Below, in pieces: positions 1-12,147 of a stretch of 64,000 nt of DNA. Source of the stretch: Vicugna vicugna (Eukaryota); contig MU058844.1 in assembly GCA_013265495.1 (NCBI GenBank), forward strand, positions 1,556,941 to 1,620,940. The letters run 5' to 3'. The notes beneath the pieces were generated by a model that saw only the letters and a program-made list of their open reading frames with translations, had not been told where the DNA came from and made no database searches. Position 1 is the first letter of the stretch; the number at the start of each line of letters is the position of its first letter. Made by a program: the position numbers and the translations under genes.

Positions 1-339
1 TCATTAATTCAAAGGTCAACCCACCTACTACAGTTGTTCTGGGCCTGGCTCTCCCCACTGCTTCCCTCCATCCCAGGAAGATACAAACATCATGACATTG
101 GGGAGGTGTGGTTGGTCCACACATCCTTTTCAGGTCCTCACTACCTCTGCTTGGTCTTTTGACATGAGCCTTGTTGCTATATCTGTCTGAACTGCACTGG
201 CCAAGCCTTTGGGAATGTACCAGAATTTTCTACTGACATCTACAGCCTTGCCCATGCCCTATAGTGACAAGATGTGGGCCCACTGAACCTTTTTTCTCAG
301 ACCCTAGGCTTCCTCCAATCCCCTGGACCTCTCAGCATT

Positions 340-1815
340 CATATCGCTCTCTCATATCTGCAGCCATGGGTGATGGGCTATAAATCCAGTGGATCCCATA
401 GTATTTGCCCATCAGCCATGGCTGCAGGTCTGGGCTGCAGCCCCATTGATCTGATGCAGTGTTGTGTGGGAATCCCATTTGGGTGGGTTGAACTCTAAGC
501 CCTCAAGTAATGGTACTGGTGGAGACCCTGTGGATAAGAAGTCACTTTCACATCTGGAATATCTGTTGTTGAGTCAAAATGAATCTTTGTTACTCTAGGA
601 TAGAAAGGATCCAGTGGAGGTAACTTCTACGACTAAGTGGATTGTTGGTGTCCTCGAGAGATGTTCTTGTATAAAGCTATTAGCATTAGTCAGTGCGGCT
701 GGCAGGTAGCGAATAGAAACCCATGATTGTGGGCCCATGTATAGCCTCTTTCCCTGCCACCATGGTTCTGTATTTACAAACCCATCATGCCAACCCTGGG
801 AAAGCAAGTGACAGAGGCTGCCTGATATCAGCTGGCCAAGTCATTCTCTCTCCTTGGTTGTTTGGTGCCTCCTCCTTGGATGATACTCTATGATGGTTAG
901 TAACATCTAATGAAAATGCAAAGATCTTCTCTCTTCAAGCCCCAAAGTCTTTCCATGGTATATATTCCAGACCTTCTTGTCTCTGATCTTCTAATATTTC
1001 TTCTTCCAGGTCTCTGACTAAATAGCTAAGCTATTTGTTGAGTCCATGAACCTTTAATATTAGGACACTTCTCTTTCCATGTAAAGAAGATCAGGTACAT
1101 TCCCTGAATATCTGCCCACCGGAGAAATTTTGACCTCACCAGACCTTGCCTTCTGCACCATCACTGATTAGGGATGCAGTGTGGCTCAAATCCATTTTCA
1201 GCTATTTATCACATACTGACCCATATTCAAGGTCATGAGATAGACCATCCATGAACCAAGTCTGCCATTGGAAGAGGTACTGTACTAATGGGATCATAAT
1301 GGGTGACATGAGTCTACCTCCTTGTGTCTCACATTTGTACCTCTGGCCATATCCTGGCTTTGATGCCAATATTTCACTTCCAGCTACGATTCATTTCTTC
1401 TGAGCCTGCCTGATTTGGTGTGTGGAGAACTCAGCTCCTATTGGGAACTTCAAGACTCATGGTCAATTTCTGCTTCATGGCCATACACTCAGTCTTTATC
1501 AGAGCCAAGTAGCACACTTAAGCAGGTTTTGGAAAGGTGTATGCTGCAGATGGCATTGCCTTGTTTCAGAATTCTAAAGATGATTCTCTTATTTTGGCTT
1601 GCCTTAAACTCTACTCTGCACATTTCCTTAACTTTGATACATCTACTAACTTAGGGTCTGCTGAGTCAGTGGTCCAGATAGCAAGACCACTTGCATCACA
1701 ACCATTGCCTATGCTGGTCCTCACTCAGAACTGGAAGCCTTTCATGTCACCTGGTTTCTGGGTCAGAGGGATATTCAGATACAGGCAGTCTTCAAAAATA
1801 AGAAATGAACTTGGT
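340..1815 (-). mobile_element. Degenerate ERVL-class (HERV16/ERV3-16A3-like) internal pol fragment: RT thumb/tether, RNase H, integrase N-terminus and core
   Basis: Reverse strand ~765-718 reads catggtggcagggaaagaggctatacatgggcccacaatcatgggttt = HGGRERGYTWAHNHGF, resembling the ERVL integrase motif HGGRDGGYAWAQQHG. ~1580-1440 resembles the ERVL RT/RNase H tether. Many stops and frameshifts. Confidence 0.8.
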
Positions 1816-1819
1816 TGAA

Positions 1820-1960
1820 GTCGGTCTGTCTAGTTGAGAGCAATTTCCAGTAAGACTGATAGCCACAGGCTGTCAGTTGGTAGCACTCTCAGCATCTGAG
1901 AGTAAAACCCCTTCTATCACAAAAAGGGATCCTGGCAGCACAGAACAGAGTCCACTGTGG
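1820..1960 (-). mobile_element. 5' ~140 bp of an LTR16-like ERVL LTR
   Basis: Reverse strand cacagtggactctgttctgtgctgccaggatccc...gctgagagtgctaccaactgacagcc resembles the LTR16 start (tgtagtggatgctgtggtgtgccgcccagatcccc...). Confidence 0.65.
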
Positions 1961-2084
1961 CTCAAGGCAGTGAGGCTGATGGCTGATTTATCTACAGCCA
2001 CAACGGAAGCCTGGGCCAGTGAGTAATATAGACATTGCTAAGAAAGAAGTCCTCAAGTTACTATTCTAGGGCCATTCGTTATAC

Positions 2085-2335
2085 TTCATGAGTGAATGTG
2101 AAATAAAAACATTTTCAGGCTAAAACAGAAAAAAAGAAAATTTGCTTCTAGCAACCTCTCAGTAAGTCTATTAATTCTGAAGGATGTATTTCAGGCAAAA
2201 GGAAAATGCTCTGAGATGAATACAAAAAGAAATGAAGAACAAAGAATATGGTTAATATGTGGGTAAATCTAAGTGAACATTGGCTACATAAAATAGCAAT
2301 AATAATGTCTTGTGGGGTTTATTTAAAAATCCCTG
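2085..2335 (+). mobile_element. Old L1M fragment (end of ORF1 / inter-ORF region)
   Basis: gtgaaataaaaacattttcagg...ctgaaggatgtatttcaggcaaaaggaaaatg...aatatgtgggtaaatctaa is typical of ancient L1M/L1ME. Confidence 0.6.
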
Positions 2336-2995
2336 AAAATATTGTTAGTATCTGAACTATACAAAACACTTAAAAATATAATTTGACACCAAAAGGGAAG
2401 AGTAACAGGAACATAAATTTGGGCAAAAACCATACTTCAGACACATACAGAACTTCTTTTAAAAAAATTTACAAGAACACACAAACAAAAACTACCAAAT
2501 GGCATGAAAATAAACAGCTTTAAATATGAACCTGCATAGAATTTCATATCCCAACATGTGGTTTTTGTGGTAGTTATTTAATCACAGATGCTAAAAAAAA
2601 AATAAATAACACACTATGGTTAAATAGCATTTTTTTCTGTTTTTTTTCTTTTCTTTTTTCCCTTAAGAGATAATTTGCAACCACTCTTCTAGTATATATT
2701 GATTGAAAACCATTTGGAAATGACTCCATCTGTCAATGAAATGCAAACACCTCTGGAGTGAAACCAAGCAGCTGTTTAAATGCTCAGAGGTTCACTAGAC
2801 AAAGAAATCCTCTTCCTTAACACTGGCTCTGTTTATACTACTCCAAAACAACGACTCATTTAGGGAAAAATCCAGTATTTCCAGGTGTGTAAACACAACC
2901 ATTATTTATAAGGAGATTTATAAGAAGACCCAAGACTAACTGCTTCCCAGTTGAGGAATTGCTAAGCACTAGAGTTTGTAGAGTTAGACCCCTGA

Positions 2996-2999
2996 GTGT

Positions 3000-3038
<39 letters not shown>
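2996..3038. repeat. (TG)n microsatellite
   Basis: Direct reading of the TG run with one interruption. Confidence 0.95.
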
Positions 3039-3039
<1 letters not shown>

Positions 3040-3284
3040 TGAATACAGAATTATTTGTATTTGTGGACCACACTTAAAATTCACAATACCTCTGGCACCC
3101 TTTATTGCTCAAAATCAACAAACAAGCTTGGAATAAATAGAAGCCTTGCAAGCAATAGTATAATTTATAATTCTAAACAGCCTATTTTTACCATATGGAA
3201 ATTTGTAAATATTTTCCATTTAAACAAAGACATACCTTTGTCATATTTTATTAATTATTTTCTTGCTAACTAGGGAGGAAATTG

Positions 3285-3545
3285 AGTAGCATGTAGGTTC
3301 TGGACTCTGATGGTCTGGGTTTGAATACCAGCTCCATCAATGGCTGTCTAGGTAGCCCTGGACAAGGTATTTCTCCTCCCTAAGCCTCAGTTTTCACATC
3401 TGTCAGATGGCATAAATAATATACCTCACAGAATCATTGTGAGAACTTAAAGAATTTAAACTTTTTAAAGTGAATTTGTAAGAATTTTAAAAATGTAAAT
3501 TATTTGATGCAATGTTTGTCACACAGCACTTAATACGAGTTATCT
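3285..3545 (+). mobile_element. MIR SINE
   Basis: ctgggtttgaataccagctcc...ggacaagg...taagcctcagttttcacatctgtcagatgg, the MIR core. Confidence 0.8.
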
Positions 3546-3825
3546 ATCATTTTGTTTATTTATTTTTATCTATTTTAAATCATGAGGCCTTTTGCTGGGT
3601 TTAATATTGACAATCCCCAATTAATTAATATAGCTTTTGGCAATAAATGATTGTTCACATAGATTTTCTCGAGGTTAAAACTGCTGCCAGTCACTAAGTT
3701 TCATTCAAATAATAAATGGGTAATTCAGGAGTCAATTATTTTAATTACATGTGACTATACTTTACAGTTAACATGTACCTGCAGGAAGCATGAGAGGCTG
3801 AGCTGTTTAAAACCAGACACTTCAC

Positions 3826-4125
3826 AAAAGGTACAAACTTCTAGTTATAAGCTAAATAAGTACTAGGGGTGTAATGGACAACATGGCAAATATAATGTAC
3901 ACTGCTGTGTGTTATATACCAAAGTTGTTACAGAGTAAATCCTAAGAGTTCTCATCACAAGAAAAAATTTTTTTCCTATTTCTTTTTGTATCGGCATGCG
4001 ATGATGGATGACCACTCAACTTATCATGGTACTTGTTTCAGGATGTATGAAGGTCAAATCGTTATGCTGTACCCCTGAAACCTAACCAGTATGTATGTCA
4101 ATTATATTTCAATAAAACTGGAAGA
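3826..4125 (+). mobile_element. L1 3' UTR fragment (L1MA-like), followed by a short (GATA)n tract to ~4155
   Basis: aggtacaaacttctagttataag...gagttctcatcacaag...tatgtcaattatatttcaataaaactggaa, an L1 3' terminus. Confidence 0.85.
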
Positions 4126-4181
4126 TAAATAGATGGATAGATAGATACATAGATAAAACTGGCCAATTCATAGTAGCTATC

Positions 4182-4640
4182 TGTTAGGATCCTGGCGGGA
4201 AATAGGTGACACATTCAAACTATGGAGAAGAGTTTAATAAAGGATTATTTACAATGTTGTCAGCGGGTTTGGGGGAAAAGGTGATAATGAAGCACCCTGA
4301 AGTTAATAAATGTGGGAGAGTAGTTACCACTTCTAGCCTGAATGGGCAGGGGGACAGTGTGGCTTCAGGAAAGCTGTGCAGAGAGGACCTCCTGACAGGG
4401 GCTGTCACCTCTCGAACTGAGTCATAGCTAATGCTAGGATGGGAGGGAGTTGGAGATAAATGCTCCAACTTCATTCTATTCCTGCCTTTCCACCCCCTCC
4501 CAATACTTCCAACTGGCTAGACCTTATCTGAGAAGCCTGAGGTCAAGAGAGCCTGCCCATGAAGTCCATACAAGTCAATCTTCTAGAGCGTAGGACACTG
4601 AAGAGTAGATTTAGAATAACAAACAGAAAGCAGCTAGTAT
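4182..4640. mobile_element. Ancient ERVL-type solo LTR (subfamily uncertain)
   Basis: tgttaggatcctggcgggaaataggtgacacattcaaa...agagtttaataaaggattatttaca resembles old eutherian LTR consensus ends. Confidence 0.55.
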
Positions 4641-5074
4641 CATAGTTACCAAAGCTTTCCCAGAGCTGATGAGGAAGCTGTTAAAATTGACTTCGAATAT
4701 GTTGCAAGGCCAGGCTGTCTCTGCTCAATTAGATGGTGCAGAACTCTGGAGCCACTGGGCATGCAGTCAAAGTGGTTCCCTGAGAAAAACCCTGGCTTGC
4801 CTGCAAGTCATTTTAGTGTTGAGACAGGGTAGGCTTTTACCCAGCAAAAGTACTATCAGGCTTTGTGAACTTCAAACCATTAAGTCCCCAAATAAGAAAA
4901 AGCAATCTGATCCAAAGCTAGAGATTTCTTGTCTAAGTAGGAATAGCCAGACTGTAAATCCACAGTGAATAAACTAGCAAGTGCTCCAGTGACCACAATT
5001 CGTGGTCATACGGTTTACTTGATTACTAAGATGGGTTCTAGGGTAGACACTGTGTTTTGTGTCCTCCAGCCCCA

Positions 5075-5210
5075 TAGAACCTTGTGATGCCCTGCGGCCC
5101 AGCCAATTGAGCACAACCCTGAGCCGGAGACAGCCCGCTAAGATGCTCCTGGTTTTCTGACCCTCAGAAACTGTATGAGGTAATAAGAGTTGTTGTTACT
5201 CAGCCATGAA
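5075..5210 (+). mobile_element. MLT1 (MaLR) LTR 3' fragment
   Basis: ccctgagccggagacagcccgctaagatgctcctggttttctgaccctcagaaactgtatgaggtaataa. Confidence 0.7.
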
Positions 5211-5499
5211 CGACTCTGACAGTAACTTTACAAAACACTTTGTAAAAGGCCAAAGGCATTCATTGAAAAGTGATCCAGGAGTGGTCTTAAACAGAGTGAG
5301 CATGAAACCTAGGAGAAAGGAAGCGGAGCTGGCTGGGAACAGGAGACATGGCTGTAATGGACAACTAGAGTAAGATACAGCTGACTACACGTTCAAGTAA
5401 CTCACAGCCACTAAGAGAGAGACGTAGAGACAGTCATTTTCTGAGCATTTACCCTGTACATTGTTTATCCTTTGTAAAATTCTGCAGTTCTGTGCTACA

Positions 5500-5635
5500 C
5501 ATTGTTATCTTTGTTTCACAGAGGACAACACTCAGGATCAAATGTAGAAACACATGCTCAGAGTCACACAGATAGGAGATAATAGAGCCTGGATTAGAAC
5601 CCAAGCCTGTCAGACTCCAAAGTTCACCTCTTGGT
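5500..5635 (-). mobile_element. MIR SINE fragment
   Basis: tttcacagagga...agtcacacag...agagcctggattagaacccaagcctgtcagactccaaag. Confidence 0.75.
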
Positions 5636-6619
5636 GCTTCTGGGTGCTGGAGTAAAGAAAAGGAATACTGCACAAGGGAGGTCTTATTGGGAGATGCAGT
5701 AAGATAACAAAACCATCAGGGGAAAATTCTTAAGTCTTTTGGAAGGAGGTTAGGGGGAAATTGCCTGTGGTGAAAACAAAACAAACTCCAGCAAAAACAT
5801 ATGGCTGATTAAAAGGAGGAAGCTCCCTAGAGAACAGAAAATATTTTGGGTGATGATAGAGCTTAGAATGAAAGAAGCCCCATCTGTAGTCATCTCTTCA
5901 AAGCCAGATCTAAATATGCAGAATATGGGTGGCACCACACTGTTGCTGTTGCATTATTGATTCTCCCCACCGGCCCCTACGGGGGTATACCAGCGGGAAA
6001 CACAGCACCTGTATACAGCGCGTAAACATAAGAGTGCAGCAGAGACCACGCTCCCTGGCCTCGAGCAGATGGGGAGGAGAGCGGGTCTTGGGAAGGAAAG
6101 TGAGAGAAGGAAAAGAAGCATTTGGCCGAGAATGTGCCATTTTCTATTTCTGAGTGTTTGGTGACATTGTCCCGCTGACATAAATGCCACACTGAGTACA
6201 ATTTTAGGAGGACATATTCTTGTTCTGCTAGGGGTGGTGAAAGGGGGTGTTGTAGGAAATAGATTTGGGGGAAACTTCCAAGCCACCTGATACTGTGGGT
6301 AATGGTATAGGAAAGTGTCAGAGCTACCCCTGCTAGAATAGTGCTGGGGTATGACATAGGAAGGGTTATGAGCCACGTTTCGACCCAAAGGCAAATCTGT
6401 TTTAGACCCCACTGAATAGAGTGGCTTCTCAGCTTCTCTGCCACTTCAGACGGACAGAAAGCAGAGGGAGAAAATACAGAACAGTCATCTTAGGGAGACG
6501 CAGTGCACACACCAGCAAAGCACAGCCATTCCTGCTGTGGTTTATAGGCTCAGGTGCTCAGAAATTTTGCTTTACTTGTTTGGCCTTGGTGATACTGTCT
6601 TCGCCTGGGTTTCCATGAG

Positions 6620-7126
6620 GAAGCAGAGGCTGAGGCTCATCTTTTATGAAAGTAGTGTACTTGAGGATGTCATCTGTGGGGTCGTGAGTCAAGACTGGGA
6701 AGAGTGAACTGGGGAAGGAGGGATTGCCAAAATAAGGATGTGTCTTTGAGCTGGTCATAGCTGTGGGCAACTGGGGCTTGGTCCCACTGTGACCTCCAAG
6801 GGTCATGTAGAATGCACCTCTGAGCTGTCAGGAGGCTAGATGAATTGTCAGAAGAGGAGGCATTTACTCATTGTCTCCAACTCTGCATTGACCCAAGGAT
6901 TACCCCGTAGGCTGCCAATCTTCCAGGTTTATGCATTCATTGGTACCAGTCGGGTCTCCACAGGCATCTGATGTCAGGTGTCAGAGAAGTCCAAGCACAG
7001 AAAGCAGGAGAACTGGGTGCAGCTGAGGCCAGGCACTGACAGGTTTTACCTGCCCAAAGGTGAATGTGACCGCTGTGTGGATAGTGTAAAAGATCTGAGG
7101 TGTAGCTCAAGAAATGCTAAATACAA
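6620..7126 (-). mobile_element. LTR33/LTR16-like ERVL solo LTR
   Basis: gagctggtcatagctgtgggcaactggggcttggtcccactg...tgtagaatgcacctc, ending gatctgaggtgtagctcaagaaatgctaaataca. Confidence 0.65.
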
Positions 7127-7834
7127 ATATCTTAAAAATTTGCTTAAGCAAAGATTAAAAAAATGTGAAAACAATGCAGAGGCTCTAATTCAAGAAAACA
7201 CAATCCTGCTTGTGTAGGACAGAGATGCAGGGCACACAAAATACCGAACAGACTATGAAAGAAGGCATTTTTAATTGAACTGTTCCTTTGACTATTGCCA
7301 TAGCTTTACTGATTCTCCTGCAGGAGTGAAAGTGGAAATGACTCTGAATTCCCTACTACTTATTACTTGTCATTTGCTTCATGTAAGTGTATTGAATACA
7401 CTGTTTAATTGTTCTTGATATAGCTCTCATCCTGTTGAGTGGCTTCAGTAGTTTTTATCAAATTTTGTTGAGCTTCTCTTAAAGTCCTATGTCTCCTCCC
7501 AACAGCACAACACATACACAAACATGCATAGCTTTTTTTTTTTTTCAGATGATTGGAAGGTTGAATGCAGGTAGACCATGAGAGCCAAGATTACAATGCC
7601 TTGAGAGAACAAACTCAGATAAACATCATCCTTTTACAGACTGGGTTTTCAGTCTGTGTGTGCTCAGGTTATAACAACCACTGTGACAGGTTCCTGTGCT
7701 GTTCCTGTGATTACACTGAATCATAACAGCTGACCTCCTCAACTCAGAACAAATTCCATTTAGAAGGAAGCATAGGAGAAATCCTGCCTTTTTTTTTAAT
7801 ATAGAAATTCTTAAAAGGCAAATCTTTCATTGTG

Positions 7835-8045
7835 CATCTTCTATTTACCAGTTGCTTTATATATATATGCATTACTCAAATTTCCCATAAGAACACAAAA
7901 GAGAGATATTATCTCCATCCTTACAGATGAGGCAACAGAGGCCAGATGAGCTGAGTTGCTGAAGTTCTCATGATCAGAGAGAGGCAGAGCCAGGATTTAA
8001 ATCCAGGCATGTCTGGCTCTGAAGTTCTGTTCTTTCCCCTACACC
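7835..8045 (-). mobile_element. MIR SINE
   Basis: attatctccatccttacagatgaggcaacagaggcc...ggcagagccaggatttaaatccaggc. Confidence 0.8.
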
Positions 8046-8554
8046 TGGCCTTGCCACGTGCATTGTGCTAGTCTTCTTGGAAGTCAAGCATGCCCAATTC
8101 ACTGCACCTCACCTTCTTATGTAATAACCTGGACGGTAGGGAGAGCCATCTGCTTCAAGAGCAACATATTTGAGTCCATAAGGCAAATAAGTTGGCAGAA
8201 AACAGAAGGATTGTGACATTGCCATTTGGCATTCCTGACTTACTCTGCATTTAAAAAACAGAAATATGTAGTCCAACATGTTGATTTCACAAGCCTATCA
8301 TTATCATTCATTCCGAAATAAACCTAGTCAGGGACATCATGTACAAAATAAAGAATCCTTGTTTTGGGGGATGATGTCAGGCGGAAGGAGTTTTTTTTTT
8401 TTTTTTTTTTTAAAACCTCCTACCTCCTAAAGCACTAGCTTACAAATGACTTCATAAACTGTATTTCAATACTGAGGTCAATGGAGGAGGAGAACAAGTA
8501 AGGGAGAAAACTTGGGATTAAATTTGACAAAACATGATCATAAGATTATTTAGA

Positions 8555-8732
8555 AGATAGTGCTTCCAAAACAAGGCTGGTCATCCAAATTCACCTGAGG
8601 AGCTTTTAATATATATGTAGAAACCTGAGCCCAACTACAGGCAGAGCTCCCAGGAGTAAGGCCCAAGCGTCTGTCTGTTAACAATCCGTGGTTATTCTGA
8701 TGATCAGTTTCAGTTTAGAGCTACTGCTTAAG
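8555..8732. mobile_element. MER5-type hAT-Charlie MITE
   Basis: tagtgcttccaaa...aattcacctgaggagctttt...ggttattctgatgatcag...tttagagctactgc, with degenerate inverted ends. Confidence 0.7.
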
Positions 8733-9069
8733 AATTTGTAAGCTGATATATGGGGAGCCTATTTGTATATTTTAATTTGTATGTATAATCTTGAAAAACT
8801 GAGCTCATAATTTTTCTTTAGTATGATTTCTAAGTGCTCAAAACAATCTTGATAGTCAGTAGACTTTCTAGTCAACAGCCATTTAGAAATCCCTTCACTA
8901 GTAGTAAGTCAATTAGTAGAGAAAAAGTAAAACAGATGTCAATCAGTTTATCTCAATATGATTATATTTTAGAGGGAAACAAAAGATTATCCTAAAGAAG
9001 TAGTAAGTGGCCAAAGAATGAGCCAGATAGTTGTAATAAAAGAAAAAAAATTAAAGACAAATATAAGAG

Positions 9070-9330
9070 GACTTCCAGTTGGTTCTCAGGTGCTTTCCCA
9101 GAAGCCCCAAAGAATCCAAAAAACCTCCAGGAAGCGCCTGCTGATTATCTCAGCTGCCTGGAGCACTGAAGCGGGAGCTCACCTAGAAGCTCCTGTGACT
9201 TTTATATCAGGTATATGCCCATGCTTCTAGTAAGAGTCTCTCTTTTCCTTAGAGAAGGAAACCATAATTCACACAGAAATACAGAACATATGGAGATTAT
9301 TCTGGGAGATGTAGTCCCCAGATTCTCCTC
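9070..9330. mobile_element. Probable old LTR fragment ending in a ZNF143-type motif
   Basis: ggagattattctgggagatgtagtcc resembles the 'gaattctgggaaatgtagt' end of several old ERVL/MaLR LTRs. Confidence 0.35.
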
Positions 9331-9432
9331 TGTTATATAGATATGGCAAGGAAGGAGCAGCAACAGAGAATCTAGCATAATCTTTAAATGTTTAGAATAA
9401 GGAAAGGTCTGAAAATAAATAAGCTGAACATT

Positions 9433-10140
9433 TGTATTGGTTGGGGTTCATTCAGGGAAACAAATCACTCTAGGTATTTCAACAGAAAGAATTTAATATA
9501 GGGAATTTGTTAATCAACTGCTAGAGGACTGAAAAAGGAAAAAAAAAGAGAACATTGGAAGGAATCATTACAAAGAGCTGCTACCACCCTTAGGGGTGGA
9601 GAGATCAAAAGATGAGGTTGAGATTATTACACTCTAGAAGCTTCCTGGAAAGAGCTTATAACATGAGGATTCAATTCCAAGGGAGGGTGCCGTCCTGTTG
9701 GTATCTCAGGGGCTTGGAGAAAGGACTCACAGAATGGGGCACTAATCGCTGAGTAGAAGAGGCTGCCCATCTGGCACTGGTACTTCAGAAGATTGAGAGA
9801 AGTCGTGTTGTGACTCAGGCGCATCAGGAGTAGGCACTGTCTAGCTGGCGCTGTGAAGGGGCATAATGAGGCTGGTGGTGGGAGCGCCCCAGTCTGCTGC
9901 AAGCTGTAAGCTTTCATTTTTCTCCTTTCAGGATAATAGACAAATAGGGTGCCCTGACAGGATAAATCAACAAGCATGAATAAACAAGTCCATCTCCTCT
10001 TCTCCTCCATTCAGTCTCCCAGCTAGTTCCTCCTATTAAGGGAAACTAACAGTAGACTCTCTAACAGAGAGAATTGTCTGTTGTTTGCAGAACTGTCATC
10101 ACAAAGCAGAGGATAGAATTTGGAACCTAATACCTGCACA
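9433..10140 (-). mobile_element. Ancient LTR (ERVL/ERV1-type, subfamily uncertain)
   Basis: Begins tgtattggttggggttcattcagggaaacaaatcactctaggtatttcaacagaaagaatttaatatagggaatt, typical of a reverse-strand old LTR end. Confidence 0.6.
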
Positions 10141-10199
10141 GTGGGAAAAATTTGGAAAACAGCAACAAAATAAGCTAAAAAAAGTATAGGGTAGAATAA

Positions 10200-10595
10200 T
10201 AGAGGGAATTGAAGAAATATATAAAATAGAACATGAACATTTGCTGGAGACAGCCAACAAAAACAAATTTTGATTCTTTGGGAAAACTCATAAAATTTTG
10301 ACAAATTTGAGTCAGAAAAAAGGAGGAAAATAGAAACAATATTAGAAATGAAAAATGTAAGTCAGTACAGATAGTAAAGATGCAGCAAAAGTAACATATT
10401 TAATGAAAATTTGAACAACTTTATATTAATATGTTTGGAAACCTCTAACAGGCACATCACAGAAAAACTATAATTACTAAAGTTGATGCATAAAGATACA
10501 GAAACTTGAATTCTCCTTAAGGATCAATGAAATGGAAACAGTAGTTAAAAATATTCTCACACACAAAAAGGATTAAAAACTCTAGGTTCAGATCC
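10200..10595 (+). mobile_element. Old L1M ORF2 fragment
   Basis: ttgattctttgggaaaactcataaaattttgacaaa...aatattagaaatgaaaa...gaacaacttta...gaaatggaaacagtagttaaaaatattctcac...ctaggttcagat, from the region between EN and RT. Confidence 0.75.
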
Positions 10596-10619
10596 TTAAA
10601 AAAAAAAAAAGGTAATTCC

Positions 10620-10950
10620 TGTTGTTTGCTTGTTTAGTTTTTGCACCCTTGACTTTAAACATTTCATACATACCTGTTTTATATTCTGTACCTAATAATT
10701 CCAGTATCTATAGTTCTTAAAGGAGGAGGAGTCAATAACTTTTTTTCTTTTTTCTTTTTCTTGTTGATGTTTTCTCTTTGTAGCTTGCCTTCTTGTGTAC
10801 TTGGTGTTCTGTGATTTTGAACTTTCTTTGTTTTTAGTATGTGTGACATCCATATGAGGGTACCTTTCTTCCAGAGAGGGTTTGCTTTTATTTTTACAAA
10901 CAGACAGGAGACACCCCTGACTTGGGATCATTTTAGCCTTAAGAGTTTAG
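10620..10950 (-). mobile_element. Old L1M 5'-region fragment
   Basis: ttttatattctgtacctaataattccagtatct...tttcttccagagagggtttgcttt resembles reverse L1M 5' sequence. Confidence 0.5.
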
Positions 10951-11344
10951 GCTCAGCAGTAGAGTACCAGACTTCACCACCTGTGTGCTAGCCTGCGGCT
11001 CAGTATCCCAGTAGCCATGGTGCTAGGGGATCCGTGCTTCAGGTAAGTGCCCCACCCACATCCACCTCCCAGCTGTTCCAATGTGAGCTCCCCTCTAGTT
11101 CTGCCCTAGCTAACCCTTTTTTTTGGGGGGGGGAGCGGGAGGAGTCACAAAACTCTCCCTTCAATTTGAAAATCAACAATCCTTGACAGTGTCTTAGGTA
11201 AAGTTTAATTGTGAACATGGGAGCAGAGGAAGGGCTTTTGGGATGTAAGGGAAGCTTCAAAGCTACAGGAAAGTTTTATTTCTGAAGCTGAATTGTGGGT
11301 ACAAGAGGCTTATTTTATTTATATAATGTATTAATATTCTTTTA

Positions 11345-12147
11345 AATTTTTAATATTTAAATTTAAATTTTTTTATTGTAGTACAGTCAGTTTACAATCT
11401 TGTATCAATTTCTGGTGAAGAGCATAATGTTTCAGTTATACATACATGTATTTGTTTTCATATTTTTTATTATAAGCTACTACAAAATATTGAATATAGT
11501 TCCCTGTGCTACATAGAAGAAATTTATTTATGTATTTTTATATATAGTAGTTAGTAGTTAGAATCTGTAAACTTCAAACTCTCAATTTATTCCTTCCCAC
11601 CTCCCTTCTCCTCTGGTAACCAGAAGTGTGTTTTCTATGTCTGTAATTCTGTTTCTGTTTTGTAAATAAGTTCATTTCTGTCTTTCCACATATGAGTGAT
11701 ATCATATGGTATTTTTCTTTCTTTTTCTGGCTTACTTCACTTAGAATGACGATCTCCAGGTCCATCCATGTTGCTGTAAATGACATTATTTTATTCTTTT
11801 TAATGTATTTTACATATTTATTGTATAAATATACCACAACTTCTTTATCCAGTCATCTGTTGATGAATGTTTAAGTTGTTTCCATGTCTTGGCTGTTGTA
11901 AATAGTGCTGCTATGAACATTGGGGTGCATGTATCTTTTCGAATTAAGAGTTCTCTCCAGATAAATGCCTAGGCATGGGATTGCTGGATCATATGGTAAG
12001 TCTGTCGTTAGTTTTCTGAGGAATCTCTATACTGTTTCCATTTGGCTGCACCAAACTACATTCCCGCCAACAGTGTAGGAGGGCTCCCTTTTCTCCACAC
12101 CATCTCCAGCATTTTATCATTTGTGGACTTTTTAATGATGGCCATTG
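11345..12147 (-). mobile_element. 5'-truncated lineage-type L1 (3' UTR plus ORF2 C-terminus), inserted in an older L1ME 3' end (~11215-11340 and ~12150-12215)
   Basis: ttttattgtagtacagtcagtttacaat...tatagttccctgtgct...ctctggtaacc...gggattgctggatcatatggtaag. Minus-strand ORF 11574-11837 contains the L1 ORF2 tail IKKNKIMSFTATWMDLEIVILSEVSQ. Confidence 0.92.

Noticed and set aside
5954..6444. Two overlapping ~150-aa minus-strand ORFs
   Set aside because: No recognisable domain; locally higher GC explains the scarcity of stops.
7533..7576. Plus-strand micro-exon (T-run CAG ... CAG|GTAGAC)
   Set aside because: Weak donor, 22-nt length and no partner exons found.
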